DNA of 64,000 nt, taken from assembly GCA_050010755.1 (NCBI GenBank), contig JBEKKK010000001.1, positions 480,001 to 544,000 on the forward strand, written 5' to 3'. The stretch is from Candidatus Bathyarchaeia archaeon. Its GTDB lineage: Archaea; Thermoproteota; Bathyarchaeia; Bathyarchaeales; Bathycorpusculaceae. Below, in pieces: positions 9,049 through 18,953 of the stretch. The stretch's first letter is position 1. Each line of letters begins with the position of its first letter. The notes beneath the pieces were generated by a model. The model had not been told where the DNA came from, ran no database searches, and saw only the letters and a program-made list of their open reading frames with translations. The position numbers and the translations under genes were made by a program.

Positions 9049-10008
9049 TCAGCTCTGTAGTATCTTCTCCAAAACTTTCCGGGCAGATTCAAGAGGCGGA
9101 TATTTCGTCGTTTCTAAGGTTATCTCAGGGTCGGGCGGCGGCTCGTATGGTTGTCCCAATCCCGGCACGGTCGGCGCTTTGCCCTTTCTAGCTTGCTCAT
9201 AGATTCGCCTCGGCGCGTTGTAAGTTCCAGTCCTTGCGCCTTCGCGCTGCACGCAAGTCTCTAATGGACATTCCAGATAAACCTCGACGAACGATGAAAT
9301 TCTCTTTCTAGCGTGGTCGCGGTAGCGCCTTAGATTGCCAGTCGCATCGATCACCACGTTGACGCCGTTTTGCGTTAGAAGCTCGGCGATGTACGCCAGC
9401 GTGGAATAGACCGAGTCTCGCTCTTCAAGCGAATACGTCGGTTTCGGAGTCATGACCTTGCGCAGAGCGTCGGAGGATAGCAGTTGAGCGTGCAAGCCCT
9501 TCTTCTCTAGAAGTTTAAGCAACGCCCTCGAAACAGTGGATTTGCCGCTGCCGGGGAGGCCGGTAATCCAAACGCACCAGCCGGTCTTCGCCATCAGTAT
9601 CATCCTGTTGAGAGGCTTTAACCCTATTTTACTCGTGAACTCATTTAAGTTATCGTGAGTTTCTATTCTGAAAAGATGGCTTTTGCACGCACAGTCTGAT
9701 GAGCCGAAGCTGCTTATCGGAGTAGCCACTTCAAAAAGTCTCTTTGCAACTCTGCACTCCTCAAACTTCCCAGCTTCTTTGTAGAAGACTTCTATCACTC
9801 TTGCATGTCGGCTGCCCAGCAGATAGTCGATGTGCCAAAACTTTGGCTTTGTCTTTTTGATGTGCCGCTTTACTCTCTTCTCTAGGTTGTTCTGCGCTGA
9901 GCCAACATAGACGTAGAGGCCTTCTTGAAAGCTCCTGCTGCCAAGCGAGCCGATGCTTACGCTAGTGCTTTTGGCGATCGATATCAGGAGAACGTAGATT
10001 CCTTTCAT
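9049..10008 (-). CDS. GIY-YIG (DUF123/Uri) nuclease domain fused to adenylylsulfate-kinase-like P-loop kinase
   Basis: N-terminal KGIYVL..GLYVYVGSA..WHIDYLL..FGSSDCACKSHL; C-terminal WITGLPGSGKST, YLECPLE, PYEPP. Confidence 0.85.
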   Translation of the reverse strand: MKGIYVLLISIAKSTSVSIGSLGSRSFQEGLYVYVGSAQNNLEKRVKRHIKKTKPKFWHIDYLLGSRHARVIEVFYKEAGKFEECRVAKRLFEVATPISSFGSSDCACKSHLFRIETHDNLNEFTSKIGLKPLNRMILMAKTGWCVWITGLPGSGKSTVSRALLKLLEKKGLHAQLLSSDALRKVMTPKPTYSLEERDSVYSTLAYIAELLTQNGVNVVIDATGNLRRYRDHARKRISSFVEVYLECPLETCVQREGARTGTYNAPRRIYEQARKGKAPTVPGLGQPYEPPPDPEITLETTKYPPLESARKVLEKILQS

Positions 10009-10130
10009 GTCTTCTTATCGTTGTTTTTCTTGTACCATTTTAGAATTTCGTCAACCGCGGATTCAGAGTAGCCATTCTCTCTGAGCTTTTTTTGGAGATC
10101 ATCGGGAGCCTCAACCTTCAAGCTGGACAC
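10005..10130 (-). CDS. Small hypothetical protein (41 aa), below ORF-track cutoff
   Basis: GTG start; MSSLKVEAPDDLQKKLRENGYSESAVDEILKWYKKNNDKKT; stop overlaps next ATG (ATGA); TTAAATA box upstream. Confidence 0.65.
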   Translation of the reverse strand: MSSLKVEAPDDLQKKLRENGYSESAVDEILKWYKKNNDKKT

Positions 10131-10220
10131 ATCCTACAAAAAGGGTATGCGGCAAACAATATTTAATCTTTAGTACCGCAGCCGATATATCCTGCAGGTT
10201 TTTCCATCCATACACGTAAG

Positions 10221-11312
10221 CTATGTCAGATAGGACTCAACGTTTTCGATGTCGATGCTTTCGGAGTCGAGTACTCTGGTTGCAAACTTTAGAATCTTTT
10301 TGCGCACTTTTGTCGGCAATTGCGGGTACCAGAGGGGCGATGCTAGAACTAGGCTGCGCCAAGCATAGAATGGTTGGACCGCCTTCAGGATTTCTCGGTC
10401 GCCCGTCTTGTTCAGGTAGTTTCTCCAGAAGAGCGTGAACAGGTTCTTGAATGGCCCGGTAATCTCCCCAAAGGACTGCAGCGAGTAGAAGAGGTAGTTT
10501 ATGGTCATGGCGCTCACGTCGTCCGCGGGTTCACCCCACTCGCCCCTGCTACGGTCAAACACGGTGAAGTCTATTCCCTGGCGGAACATGATGTTCCAAG
10601 GGTGAAAGTCCCCGTGCACCTGCGACAGCCTGTGAGTCATGTGTTTGAGACGCCATCGCCATTCCACGCACGTTTTCTCAAACTTGATGAAGAATTTTTC
10701 GTCGACATAATCCAACCCGGCCGGATAGCTGTCCGTCAGACCGAAGATTTCCTCGCCGTGGCCGAGCAGATCACGCACACACCTAACGTAGAGTCCTGGC
10801 GAATTCCTCTTCTTCACCGAGTGAATCCCTACAAGATAATCGGACAGGGCCAAACAGCGCTCCTCGTCCAAGCTGCTGATAGCGTTAGTGGCCTTAATCC
10901 TATCCAAGTCGGTGTGGTACAGTGCTCCATCGATGAAATCTGTTAAGATGAAGAACTCACAACAATCGCCAAGCGACCTGAGCGTCTCACAGTCGCTGGC
11001 GAAAGAGCCCACGTCAACAGAATGCACGTGTCGGGGCAGCCTGTTAAACGTTGAATGCTGCATCAACAGAACTCCCGCACGGTCAGCAAAATTATCATGC
11101 CCAAAACCGCCGGGCTTGACTGTTTCCAAAACCACCCGCCTAGCGGACCCGCCGACGATGAACTCTATCAAGTAGGGTACGCCATAACCGAACCCCTTCA
11201 ATTGCGCCGAACCCACGGTTCCGGCCATTGCAACGATTCGAGAAACCTCAACTGGCCCTTTGTAAACGTCTGAAAGATACTGCCGCACACGCTCAACCTT
11301 CAATTCAAGCAA
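10221..11312 (-). CDS. Aminoglycoside phosphotransferase (APH/choline kinase-like) family protein
   Basis: HGDFHPWNI catalytic loop and VFDRS; probable TTG start ~11312 after GGTGG. Confidence 0.85.
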   Translation of the reverse strand: MLELKVERVRQYLSDVYKGPVEVSRIVAMAGTVGSAQLKGFGYGVPYLIEFIVGGSARRVVLETVKPGGFGHDNFADRAGVLLMQHSTFNRLPRHVHSVDVGSFASDCETLRSLGDCCEFFILTDFIDGALYHTDLDRIKATNAISSLDEERCLALSDYLVGIHSVKKRNSPGLYVRCVRDLLGHGEEIFGLTDSYPAGLDYVDEKFFIKFEKTCVEWRWRLKHMTHRLSQVHGDFHPWNIMFRQGIDFTVFDRSRGEWGEPADDVSAMTINYLFYSLQSFGEITGPFKNLFTLFWRNYLNKTGDREILKAVQPFYAWRSLVLASPLWYPQLPTKVRKKILKFATRVLDSESIDIENVESYLT

Positions 11313-11500
11313 GAAACCCACCGAACAAAGAGGAGTCGCACACAGGTTAAAAACATAGCGACAAACCGAGATATCCATGCAACACTGAGTTCTTGAAGCC
11401 AACACGACGTCGAACCAAGAAAGGCGTCGAGGCAGCAAGCCTCCCATCGCTGTGAGGGCGCAAAAGACTCCGAATGCCACGACGTCTAGTTTTATAAGGT

Positions 11501-12793
11501 ATGCAGCAGATGGACATAGAGGAAGTGAAGACGCCGATGCAAGATTTCAAGATTAAGGACGCAGGTCTGGCGCCGCAGGGACGCTTACAAATCGAGTGGG
11601 CTTCGAAGCACATGCCCGTTCTCGCACAAATAAAGAACAGGTTCGCCAAAGAAAAACCTCTCAAGGGCCTTTCGTTGGCCGCTTGCCTACATGTAACCAA
11701 AGAAACTGGTTTCCTCATCGAAACCTTCCTTTCAGCCGGAGCAAACGTTGCACTTTGTGGATCCAACCCTCTCTCAACGCAGGACGATGTTGCAGCTGCC
11801 CTTGCCCAGGAAGGTGCCAAAGTCTTCGCATGGCGCGTCCAAACTACCGAAGAATATTACTCATGTGTTCAAAAAGTGCTGGACTCCCAACCAAACATCA
11901 CGCTGGACGACGGCGCTGACCTAGTGGGCACAATGCACAGCAAGAGACCAAAACTCTTGAAAACCGTCAAGGGAGGCACCGAGGAAACCACAACGGGCGT
12001 ACTAAGACTTAGGGCCATGGAAAAACATGGAGCCCTCAAATACCCTATAATCGCCGTCAACGACGCTTACACGAAATACCTGTTTGACAATCGGTACGGA
12101 ACTGGCCAAAGCACCCTGGACGGCATACTCAGGGCCACCAACGTACTTTTCGCTGGAAAAAATTTGGTCGTCTGCGGTTATGGATGGTGCGGAAGAGGAA
12201 TAGCGATGAGAGCGCAGGGAATGGGCGCGAACGTAATAGTCACCGAAGTCAACCCCACGAGGGCCCTCGAAGCAGCCATGAACGGCCTCCGCGTGATGCC
12301 CCTAGCAGATGCCGCGGCCGTGGGCGACATATTCATCACGGCGACAGGCGATACGAGCGTAATCAGGATTGAGCACATGAAGCGCATGAAGGACGGGGCA
12401 CTGCTGGCCAACAGCGGACACTTCAACGTCGAGGTTAACCCTCAATATCTTGAAGAGCTCGCAACATCGAAGAGAAACATAAGACCCAACTTAGATGAAT
12501 ATACTCTCAAGAACGGAAGAAGGCTTTACCTTCTGGCGGAGGGTAGACTCGTCAACTTAGCCGCTGCGGAGGGACATCCGTCTGAGGTAATGGACATGTC
12601 ATTTGCAGACCAAGCCCTCTGCGTCGAACACCTAGCCAAAACGGAAAAGATGGAACCACGAGTTTACTCGGTACCCAAAGAAATCGACGAAAAAGTGGCC
12701 AAGCTTAAGCTCGATGCCATGGGAATCAAAATAGACCAGTTGACGAAAGAACAGAAACAGTACCTGGTGGCATGGGAGACAGGAACCACTTAA
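11501..12793 (+). CDS. ahcY: S-adenosylhomocysteine hydrolase
   Basis: [43 protein letters not shown]. Confidence 0.98.
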   Translation: MQQMDIEEVKTPMQDFKIKDAGLAPQGRLQIEWASKHMPVLAQIKNRFAKEKPLKGLSLAACLHVTKETGFLIETFLSAGANVALCGSNPLSTQDDVAAALAQEGAKVFAWRVQTTEEYYSCVQKVLDSQPNITLDDGADLVGTMHSKRPKLLKTVKGGTEETTTGVLRLRAMEKHGALKYPIIAVNDAYTKYLFDNRYGTGQSTLDGILRATNVLFAGKNLVVCGYGWCGRGIAMRAQGMGANVIVTEVNPTRALEAAMNGLRVMPLADAAAVGDIFITATGDTSVIRIEHMKRMKDGALLANSGHFNVEVNPQYLEELATSKRNIRPNLDEYTLKNGRRLYLLAEGRLVNLAAAEGHPSEVMDMSFADQALCVEHLAKTEKMEPRVYSVPKEIDEKVAKLKLDAMGIKIDQLTKEQKQYLVAWETGTT

Positions 12794-12866
12794 CAATCCC
12801 TAACCAGCACGGTAAACCTTAAAAGGTCTGAAGGCGTAAAAAGGGCTAACATGTGGTGACAATATA

Positions 12867-13259
12867 ATGGTCAGCAAAGATCAAGGTATCGGTGGACTAA
12901 TCTGCTTAGTCTGTGTGGTTGTAGGCGTACTCTATGCTCTAGGACTCTTCTATTGGGGATATTGGAACGCTGGCCGCTACTGGGCTTTGTCGTTTACGCT
13001 CGTTGCAATCCCAGTGTTCGTAGCGTTCATCGCAATACTTGCAATAGGCGCCTGGATAGGTTGGACGATGGCCACGACACCGCCTCCAAAACCAATTGAA
13101 GACATCACAAGTGAAATGGAAACAGAAAAGACCACGACTGAAGAGAAGAAAGCTCCAGAGGAAGCAAAGCCGATGACAGAGGAAAAACAAACCTCTGAAG
13201 GAACTCCCCCAGAACAGCCAGAAGAAAAGAAATCAACACGCATGCGCTCTAAATCGTAG
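12867..13259 (+). CDS. Small membrane protein, 2 TM helices and charged tail
   Basis: Two hydrophobic stretches then WIGWTMATTPPPKPIE; GGTGA SD. Confidence 0.8.
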   Translation: MVSKDQGIGGLICLVCVVVGVLYALGLFYWGYWNAGRYWALSFTLVAIPVFVAFIAILAIGAWIGWTMATTPPPKPIEDITSEMETEKTTTEEKKAPEEAKPMTEEKQTSEGTPPEQPEEKKSTRMRSKS

Positions 13260-13492
13260 CAACAACTGCTTCTCAACCATCCATTTTCCCCAGAATACTT
13301 TTTCACTTCATTTATCTCGAAAATTAGTTCACGCCAAGCAAAACTTGCCCACCAAAAAACACGTCCTTTTAAAGCCCAACGATAAACAGCGACGATTCTT
13401 TTCTATGGAAAAATCCTGACCGCACTGAAAATCGGAGTTCTCATCCAGCTCGATTCGAGACTTCATCAAGCTTGAAAGAAATTCCTAATTGC

Positions 13493-13894
13493 CTAGCTGT
13501 TTGTGCTGCTTTTTACGGCCTTCAACATGCAATTTACTATTTCCGCGCAGTTCATGCACTCTTCAGGTATTCCTTCCTTGCTTGAGCGTTCGCTCAAGTA
13601 ACCGAAGTGATGGGTGCACCCCGGCCTTGCCGAACGTGGTGCTGCATTTTCTTCTTCTAGACTTTCTTTTGAGGCTTTGAGGGCTTCGGCCTCCGAGCCT
13701 AGATTAGGTTCTGCAACCAACGGTTTTTCTTGAAGCGTGACTTCTGTAAGGCAATTCGGGCATGCAAGGTATGGTTCAAGATTCTCGGTCGAGAGATTTA
13801 CAGCTTTCAATGGTTTTGCGAACGGTTTGCCGCATGAAGGGTTTGAACAGGTGTAGCTTTGAACATCCGCTGCTCTTTCTTTATGCTTTGTGAT
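13493..13894 (-). CDS. Double zinc-finger hypothetical protein; probable ATC start
   Basis: Frame extends upstream of ORF-track start to include CSNPSC partnering CPNC; second site CTHHFGYL..CMNC..C; GAGGGA SD before ATC at 13894. Confidence 0.75.
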   Translation of the reverse strand: MTKHKERAADVQSYTCSNPSCGKPFAKPLKAVNLSTENLEPYLACPNCLTEVTLQEKPLVAEPNLGSEAEALKASKESLEEENAAPRSARPGCTHHFGYLSERSSKEGIPEECMNCAEIVNCMLKAVKSSTNS

Positions 13895-13986
13895 GACTAA
13901 TCCCTCAGTTGATATGAGGGCGAGCCGAGTTTATAGTGTTAGTGCATTCGAAATATGTAGTCTGGGTACGGAATGGAGAAGGCGGG

Positions 13987-14565
13987 TCATCGCTTTGACA
14001 GTTTTTTTAGGTCTTCCACCCCTTCAGCGTAGCCAGAGGCTATTAGAACATCTCCAACCTCGATTTTGGTGTCAGGCTTTGGTCTGACGGATTTGTTGCC
14101 TCGTCTTATGGCAAGTATCCACATGCCAGTTTCTTCTGGAATTCGTGCTTCTGCGAGAGTCTTGTTCGCTAATGGAGAGTCCTTGGCGACAGTGACGTAG
14201 GCAACTGTTTCTTCAGCCTCTCTTATGCTGAGCTGCAACACTGGGTGCGGTTCGATGCCTCTCAAAACGACCTCGGATATCTGGGCAGCTGCGTCTGCAA
14301 TTTTTTCCGTTGCAACCCCCAGTCGTATCAGCCCCAAAAAACCCTTTGCCTCCTCCTTCTTGAACTCGCTTTGAAGAACGAGCAGTTCAAAATCTGTGTG
14401 CAACTTGTCCATGTGTTCTTCAAGCCTCTGAACTTCTTCAGCCAGCTCTCTGCTCTTCAGAAACAACGAAGAGTAGGCTAAGTCAATCATGAGTTCAGAA
14501 GTGTCCTTAAGCTCAACCAACCGTTCCACAATTTCCTCGAATCTTGCCTGGCTCCCCTGTGACAT
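13987..14565 (-). CDS. PhoU-like + TrkA-C (RCK_C) domain protein
   Basis: LKDTSELMIDLAYSS, ATEKIADAA, ILAIRRG..P.PDTKIEVGDVL. Confidence 0.88.
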   Translation of the reverse strand: MSQGSQARFEEIVERLVELKDTSELMIDLAYSSLFLKSRELAEEVQRLEEHMDKLHTDFELLVLQSEFKKEEAKGFLGLIRLGVATEKIADAAAQISEVVLRGIEPHPVLQLSIREAEETVAYVTVAKDSPLANKTLAEARIPEETGMWILAIRRGNKSVRPKPDTKIEVGDVLIASGYAEGVEDLKKLSKR

Positions 14566-14576
14566 TTCAGTCTCTC

Positions 14577-15173
14577 CTACTTCGATTTCTGTTCCGCCAT
14601 CTCTTTGAATTCTTTGATTCCGGAATGAACACCGCGGACGATCAGCACGTCTCCACTCCTTATTTGTTCATTCTTCTGCGGGTTAATAATCCAGTCCTTG
14701 TCCCTCCGAAGGGCGATTATGTCAACTCCCATCCTAGCAGCCAAATCAAGCTCACCCACTCGCTTTCTCACAAGCGAAGAGTCAACACTCACTTTTGCCT
14801 GCATCAAACGTTCCTCTACCTTCTCAAAAACCTGACTAACTATCGGATGCACACCTATGTTTTGGGTAACTATAGCGGCTATATCTGCTGCGGCGTCCGA
14901 AATCTTGTCGGCTGCAGAAGCCACTGCGGACACTCCGGCCAGTGCTTCCGCATCGTGGGCGTCTCTTGCGGCGATCATGATTGTCATCTCTAGCAGATAA
15001 TCCAGTGTGTCAACACGGTTCTCAAGCTCAAGAATATCTTCGGCGAGTTCTCGATCATTGAAAAGGGCTGCCGAATAGGCCAAGTCAATCATCAACTCGG
15101 ACAAGTTTTTCATTTCCAAGAAGAGATCACGAACAGGTACGGGCCTGTATTTCACTTTTTCTAACGCTGGCAT
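14577..15173 (-). CDS. PhoU-like + TrkA-C (RCK_C) domain protein (paralog)
   Basis: MKNLSELMIDLAYSA, ADKISDAAADIA, IIALRR..GDVLIVRG. Confidence 0.88.
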   Translation of the reverse strand: MPALEKVKYRPVPVRDLFLEMKNLSELMIDLAYSAALFNDRELAEDILELENRVDTLDYLLEMTIMIAARDAHDAEALAGVSAVASAADKISDAAADIAAIVTQNIGVHPIVSQVFEKVEERLMQAKVSVDSSLVRKRVGELDLAARMGVDIIALRRDKDWIINPQKNEQIRSGDVLIVRGVHSGIKEFKEMAEQKSK

Positions 15174-15224
15174 GTGCTTGATGTCGCTCCGACTAGGAGA
15201 CTAGAGTGTGGAGATATTTTAATT

Positions 15225-16469
15225 CTATCCTCCTGCGTGAGTAAGCAAGAACAGTGCGGCAAGCAAAGCCGTCGACGCTATGGTCCCGGCAAGTGCACTT
15301 TCTATGGGAATAACCAGATGGTCAGGGTCCAAACCTTTCTGGAAAGTCAATATTGCAAACGCGTAAGATATTAGGGTGATGGCGATGATTGCGAATACGT
15401 TCGTGACAAGCAACACGGAAGTCAGAAAGCCCAAAGCCAGAAGCCCAAAAGTGCGGGTCAGGAAAAGAGATGCCGCCGAAAGAGGGATAAACGCAACCGC
15501 CGATGCGGCCCAGGCGCCTAGGATCTGCCGAGCGTGGTTCTTCATGGCAAGAAACGAGGGTTCGAGCAATCCCAGCACGAGCCTCGTTGTTGCAGTGGAT
15601 CCTATCACCAGTGCAGCGTCGCCAACCAGCTCTATCAGAGCGGGATAGGCAGCAAAAACCGAGGCTGGATAAACAGCGCTACTTCCTTTCCAAAGAGGCA
15701 GACCGATGTTAATTTCCTGCAAAATGGTTCCCGTGACACTGGCAATCACAGCCACGGTCATCATGGTCAATATTGAGGTTTTGATGGTTTTGGAGAAGCC
15801 TATTTCATGGACGCCTCGCGATAACGAATAAAGAATCAGGAAAACGGGGATAATCGCGACTAAGATAACTGCGGATTTTCCCGCAGAACCGAACCTGAAG
15901 TAGAGATTGATTGCCACAGCATAGCAGACCGTTATGAAAACATCTGCAATCGTAGCAATAATTGGGTATACAACACCGTCCAAGTCCAAACCCCTCCTGA
16001 AGGCCGCAAACGTGATGGATAACGTGAAAAAGTAAAGAGTCAATCCAAGACTCATCGTCGCCACAACAACCGCCAAAATAACGGGAAAGTTACTGGGCGT
16101 AATTCCCCAGAACAAGCTGACGAAAATTGTTGAAACTGCACTCATCACAACACTCGTCACTAAGGTCAAAATTAGTATGCGCTGAAACATTCGACCTACG
16201 AAGCCTATATTTCCAGAGAGTCTCGGGGAAAGAGTTCCAATGTGCAAAGCAGTGTTTAAACGTCCACTGAAGGTTCCACTCATCACGGCTTTAGCCGTCA
16301 ATACAGTCGGATAAACGGCTATAACCCAGCCGCTGACACTATTAAATATGCCAAGCTGCCAAGCAACAATTAGGCCGGCAATTAGGCCTCCAACGCCAGC
16401 AAAGTGTCCAAACAGTGTCTCCTTAAACGACGTGGAGAACGTCCTCGGACTTGTCTGAGAAGCTATCAA
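15225..16469 (-). CDS. MgtE-family divalent cation transporter (duplicated membrane domain)
   Basis: SGRLNTALHIG, GLDLDGVVYPIIATIAD, GLDPDHLVIPI; ~10 TM helices. Confidence 0.85.
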   Translation of the reverse strand: MIASQTSPRTFSTSFKETLFGHFAGVGGLIAGLIVAWQLGIFNSVSGWVIAVYPTVLTAKAVMSGTFSGRLNTALHIGTLSPRLSGNIGFVGRMFQRILILTLVTSVVMSAVSTIFVSLFWGITPSNFPVILAVVVATMSLGLTLYFFTLSITFAAFRRGLDLDGVVYPIIATIADVFITVCYAVAINLYFRFGSAGKSAVILVAIIPVFLILYSLSRGVHEIGFSKTIKTSILTMMTVAVIASVTGTILQEINIGLPLWKGSSAVYPASVFAAYPALIELVGDAALVIGSTATTRLVLGLLEPSFLAMKNHARQILGAWAASAVAFIPLSAASLFLTRTFGLLALGFLTSVLLVTNVFAIIAITLISYAFAILTFQKGLDPDHLVIPIESALAGTIASTALLAALFLLTHAGG

Positions 16470-17176
16470 GCGTTAGCCTCCATGAAAAAGCGTTCAGAAG
16501 CAAAATGGAAAACGCAAAACTCGCGAATAAACCTGCTGTTTGTTTCAGGATTTTTCTCTGACCGTGAAAAGCGGATGGAAGAACGATCTGCGCTGTCGAT
16601 TCGCTTCATTTTGCTTACCCTCTCGGATTCTTTCTTTTCTGTCCATCCATAGGCACCGCTTCAAACGGCCAGTCTTTATTGCCGCAGCTGGGCTTTGCCC
16701 TTGTGTCTCTCCTAAACTCTAGGACGTGAGTGAATATCGCTTAAATAAGTTTCTCAGAGGGATCTTAACCCTAGATAATTATTCAGAATTCATAACAGTT
16801 TTAGTCGTCAGGCATCCAATGTTTTTGTCAAGTGGTTGAGAACTTGCACACCATATGGATAAAGATTGATGAATCGCTGCCGTGGATCGAGCTTAAAGGA
16901 ACATACGAAACTCGCAAAGACGCTAACAAAGCAGCGAAGAACCGTATACGTAGAACCCAAGTCAAGATAGTTGCAATATCGCAGAGCAGAAGCAGCTGAT
17001 TTCAATATTCAGCGCGCGCTATAGCAAGGCAAGAATAGTGTTGCTATTGTGTTAGAAGGGGCATTGAATCTCTCGCATCAGTGTATGCTGACGCGGATGT
17101 TTTAGGAATCCATATAAGTGTGTAGCGAAGGCTAACAATTTCTGTTGTTAAGGTCATTTCGTGGGAGAAGAAGGAT

Positions 17177-17683
17177 ATGATGGATGTCTTTGAAACTATA
17201 AGGACAAGAAGAAGCATCAGAAAGTACCTACGGGAACCAATTCCAGACGACAAACTGGAAATGATTTTCGAGGCCGCGCGTCTAGCGCCTTCAGCCGCCA
17301 ATCGGCAGCCTTGGCGCTTCGTAGTGGTTCAGGATGTAAATCGTAAAAAGGCTCTGGCGACAGCGGCGAATAGTCAAACATTTCTGAGCGACGCTGCTGC
17401 CGTCGTAGCCGCAGTTGGTGATCCTGACGTGTCGGCAAGGTGGCATGAAAGAGATCCGATGATAGCAATTGAACACATGGCCTTGGCAGCTGCTGCCCTA
17501 GGCTATGGGACATGCTGGATAGGTGCGTTCGACGAAGACGCGGTGAAGCATCTGCTCAAGATTCCTGCAAGAATGCGAGTCATCGCCTTGTTACCAATCG
17601 GCATACCTGATGAAGCACCGGCTCCCAGACCGAGGAGAAAGCTCGCGGAAATCTTTTTCAAAGAAGAATGGCAAACATCTTAG
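17177..17683 (+). CDS. Nitroreductase family protein
   Basis: RRSIRKY, APSAANRQPWRF, GYGTCWIGAF. Confidence 0.95.
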   Translation: MMDVFETIRTRRSIRKYLREPIPDDKLEMIFEAARLAPSAANRQPWRFVVVQDVNRKKALATAANSQTFLSDAAAVVAAVGDPDVSARWHERDPMIAIEHMALAAAALGYGTCWIGAFDEDAVKHLLKIPARMRVIALLPIGIPDEAPAPRPRRKLAEIFFKEEWQTS

Positions 17684-18008
17684 GCCGTGATACTCTCCTC
17701 ACCTCTAGACGTTTGAGCCGAGGAGTAAGAAAGGAAAGGTGCAACGTCCGCGCTCGCCTGTTCTTAAGTTCTGGGATGCGATATTTTGCGATTGCTTTCG
17801 AGTTTGGGCTCTGATTTGCGCAGTACTTTCAGGAAAAAGCGGGGACTTACGCGATCGGCCCCCTCCCTCTTTTTCTTTATGTCTGCCGTAATGTTGCAGC
17901 CTAAAGTTCAATGTCCGCGTGCGTGATTTCTGAATTCTGTGTTTTGCCGGTGCAAGCCTCGGTACGCGCGCGCTAAGAACTAGTCAAGCGTCCACTCCTG
18001 GTCCAAGG

Positions 18009-18938
18009 TTACTTGGAAAGGAGTCTCCAGGAGAGGACGATTCCGATTAAAGATAATATAACCGCGAATGCGAACAAGACTGCAAAGTCCACCCAGAGGC
18101 TGGCCAGATGCACGGTCGCGCCTATTAACAGTTGTCTCACTGCATCGTTGGCGTAACTGACTGGGTTAACCTTGACGATGTCCTGAAGCCAGGTGGGCAT
18201 TATTTTTGTTGGGAACAGTGCGTTGCTTGCGAAGAGCAGTGGCAGGTTGATGAGGTTGATTAGGGCCACCTGTGTCTGCCAATCACTCGATCTCAACGCT
18301 AGCATGGTGAATAATGCTGAGAGCCCTGTGGCCATGAGGAAGATTATGACGAATGCGCCCGCGATTCCGACGACGTTGAAATGAGTCGTGTCCATTCCGA
18401 GTATTACCGCAATCACGAGAACTATGGCCGCTTGAATCAATGACCTGCCTACACTTTGGAGGACTTTGCCCATCACAACAGCTCCGCGCGCCACGGGCGT
18501 GCTCAGAGCCTTGTTCAGGAAACCGAACCTTCGGTCAAACACGACCGACATTCCGCTGAACGCGGAAGTGAACAGGACGACGAAGGCAAGCATTCCGCAG
18601 GCTAGGAAGGAAAAGTAGCTGGTTGTACCGAAAAAGCCCTGCAAGATTACGTTTTGCTGCTCAACCGAGGCTCCTGACCCGGAAATGAATGTTCCAAAGT
18701 TTAGGGCTTTGCCGAACAGGGCGAGCCAGACTACCGGTTGGATTAGTGATGTGAACAGTTGGATTGGGTTCGTGTACCACTTTCTCAGGTCTCTGTTTGT
18801 TAATGCCCACAATCCGTGCAGGGGGCTCCTGCTCAGTTTTGGGGAGGCCCTGACTACTGTGTGCTTCTCTTCGGAGACCTCTTCAGGCGTTTGTTGTTCT
18901 TCTGTTTTCTTGGTTGTTGTCGGTTTGTTTTTTTCCAT
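18009..18938 (-). CDS. ABC-2 type exporter permease (DrrB-like)
   Basis: DRRFGFLNKALSTPV, SNALFP, NPVSYANDAVR; 6 TM. Confidence 0.92.
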   Translation of the reverse strand: MEKNKPTTTKKTEEQQTPEEVSEEKHTVVRASPKLSRSPLHGLWALTNRDLRKWYTNPIQLFTSLIQPVVWLALFGKALNFGTFISGSGASVEQQNVILQGFFGTTSYFSFLACGMLAFVVLFTSAFSGMSVVFDRRFGFLNKALSTPVARGAVVMGKVLQSVGRSLIQAAIVLVIAVILGMDTTHFNVVGIAGAFVIIFLMATGLSALFTMLALRSSDWQTQVALINLINLPLLFASNALFPTKIMPTWLQDIVKVNPVSYANDAVRQLLIGATVHLASLWVDFAVLFAFAVILSLIGIVLSWRLLSK

Positions 18939-18953
18939 TCTCAGTCCCTCATT

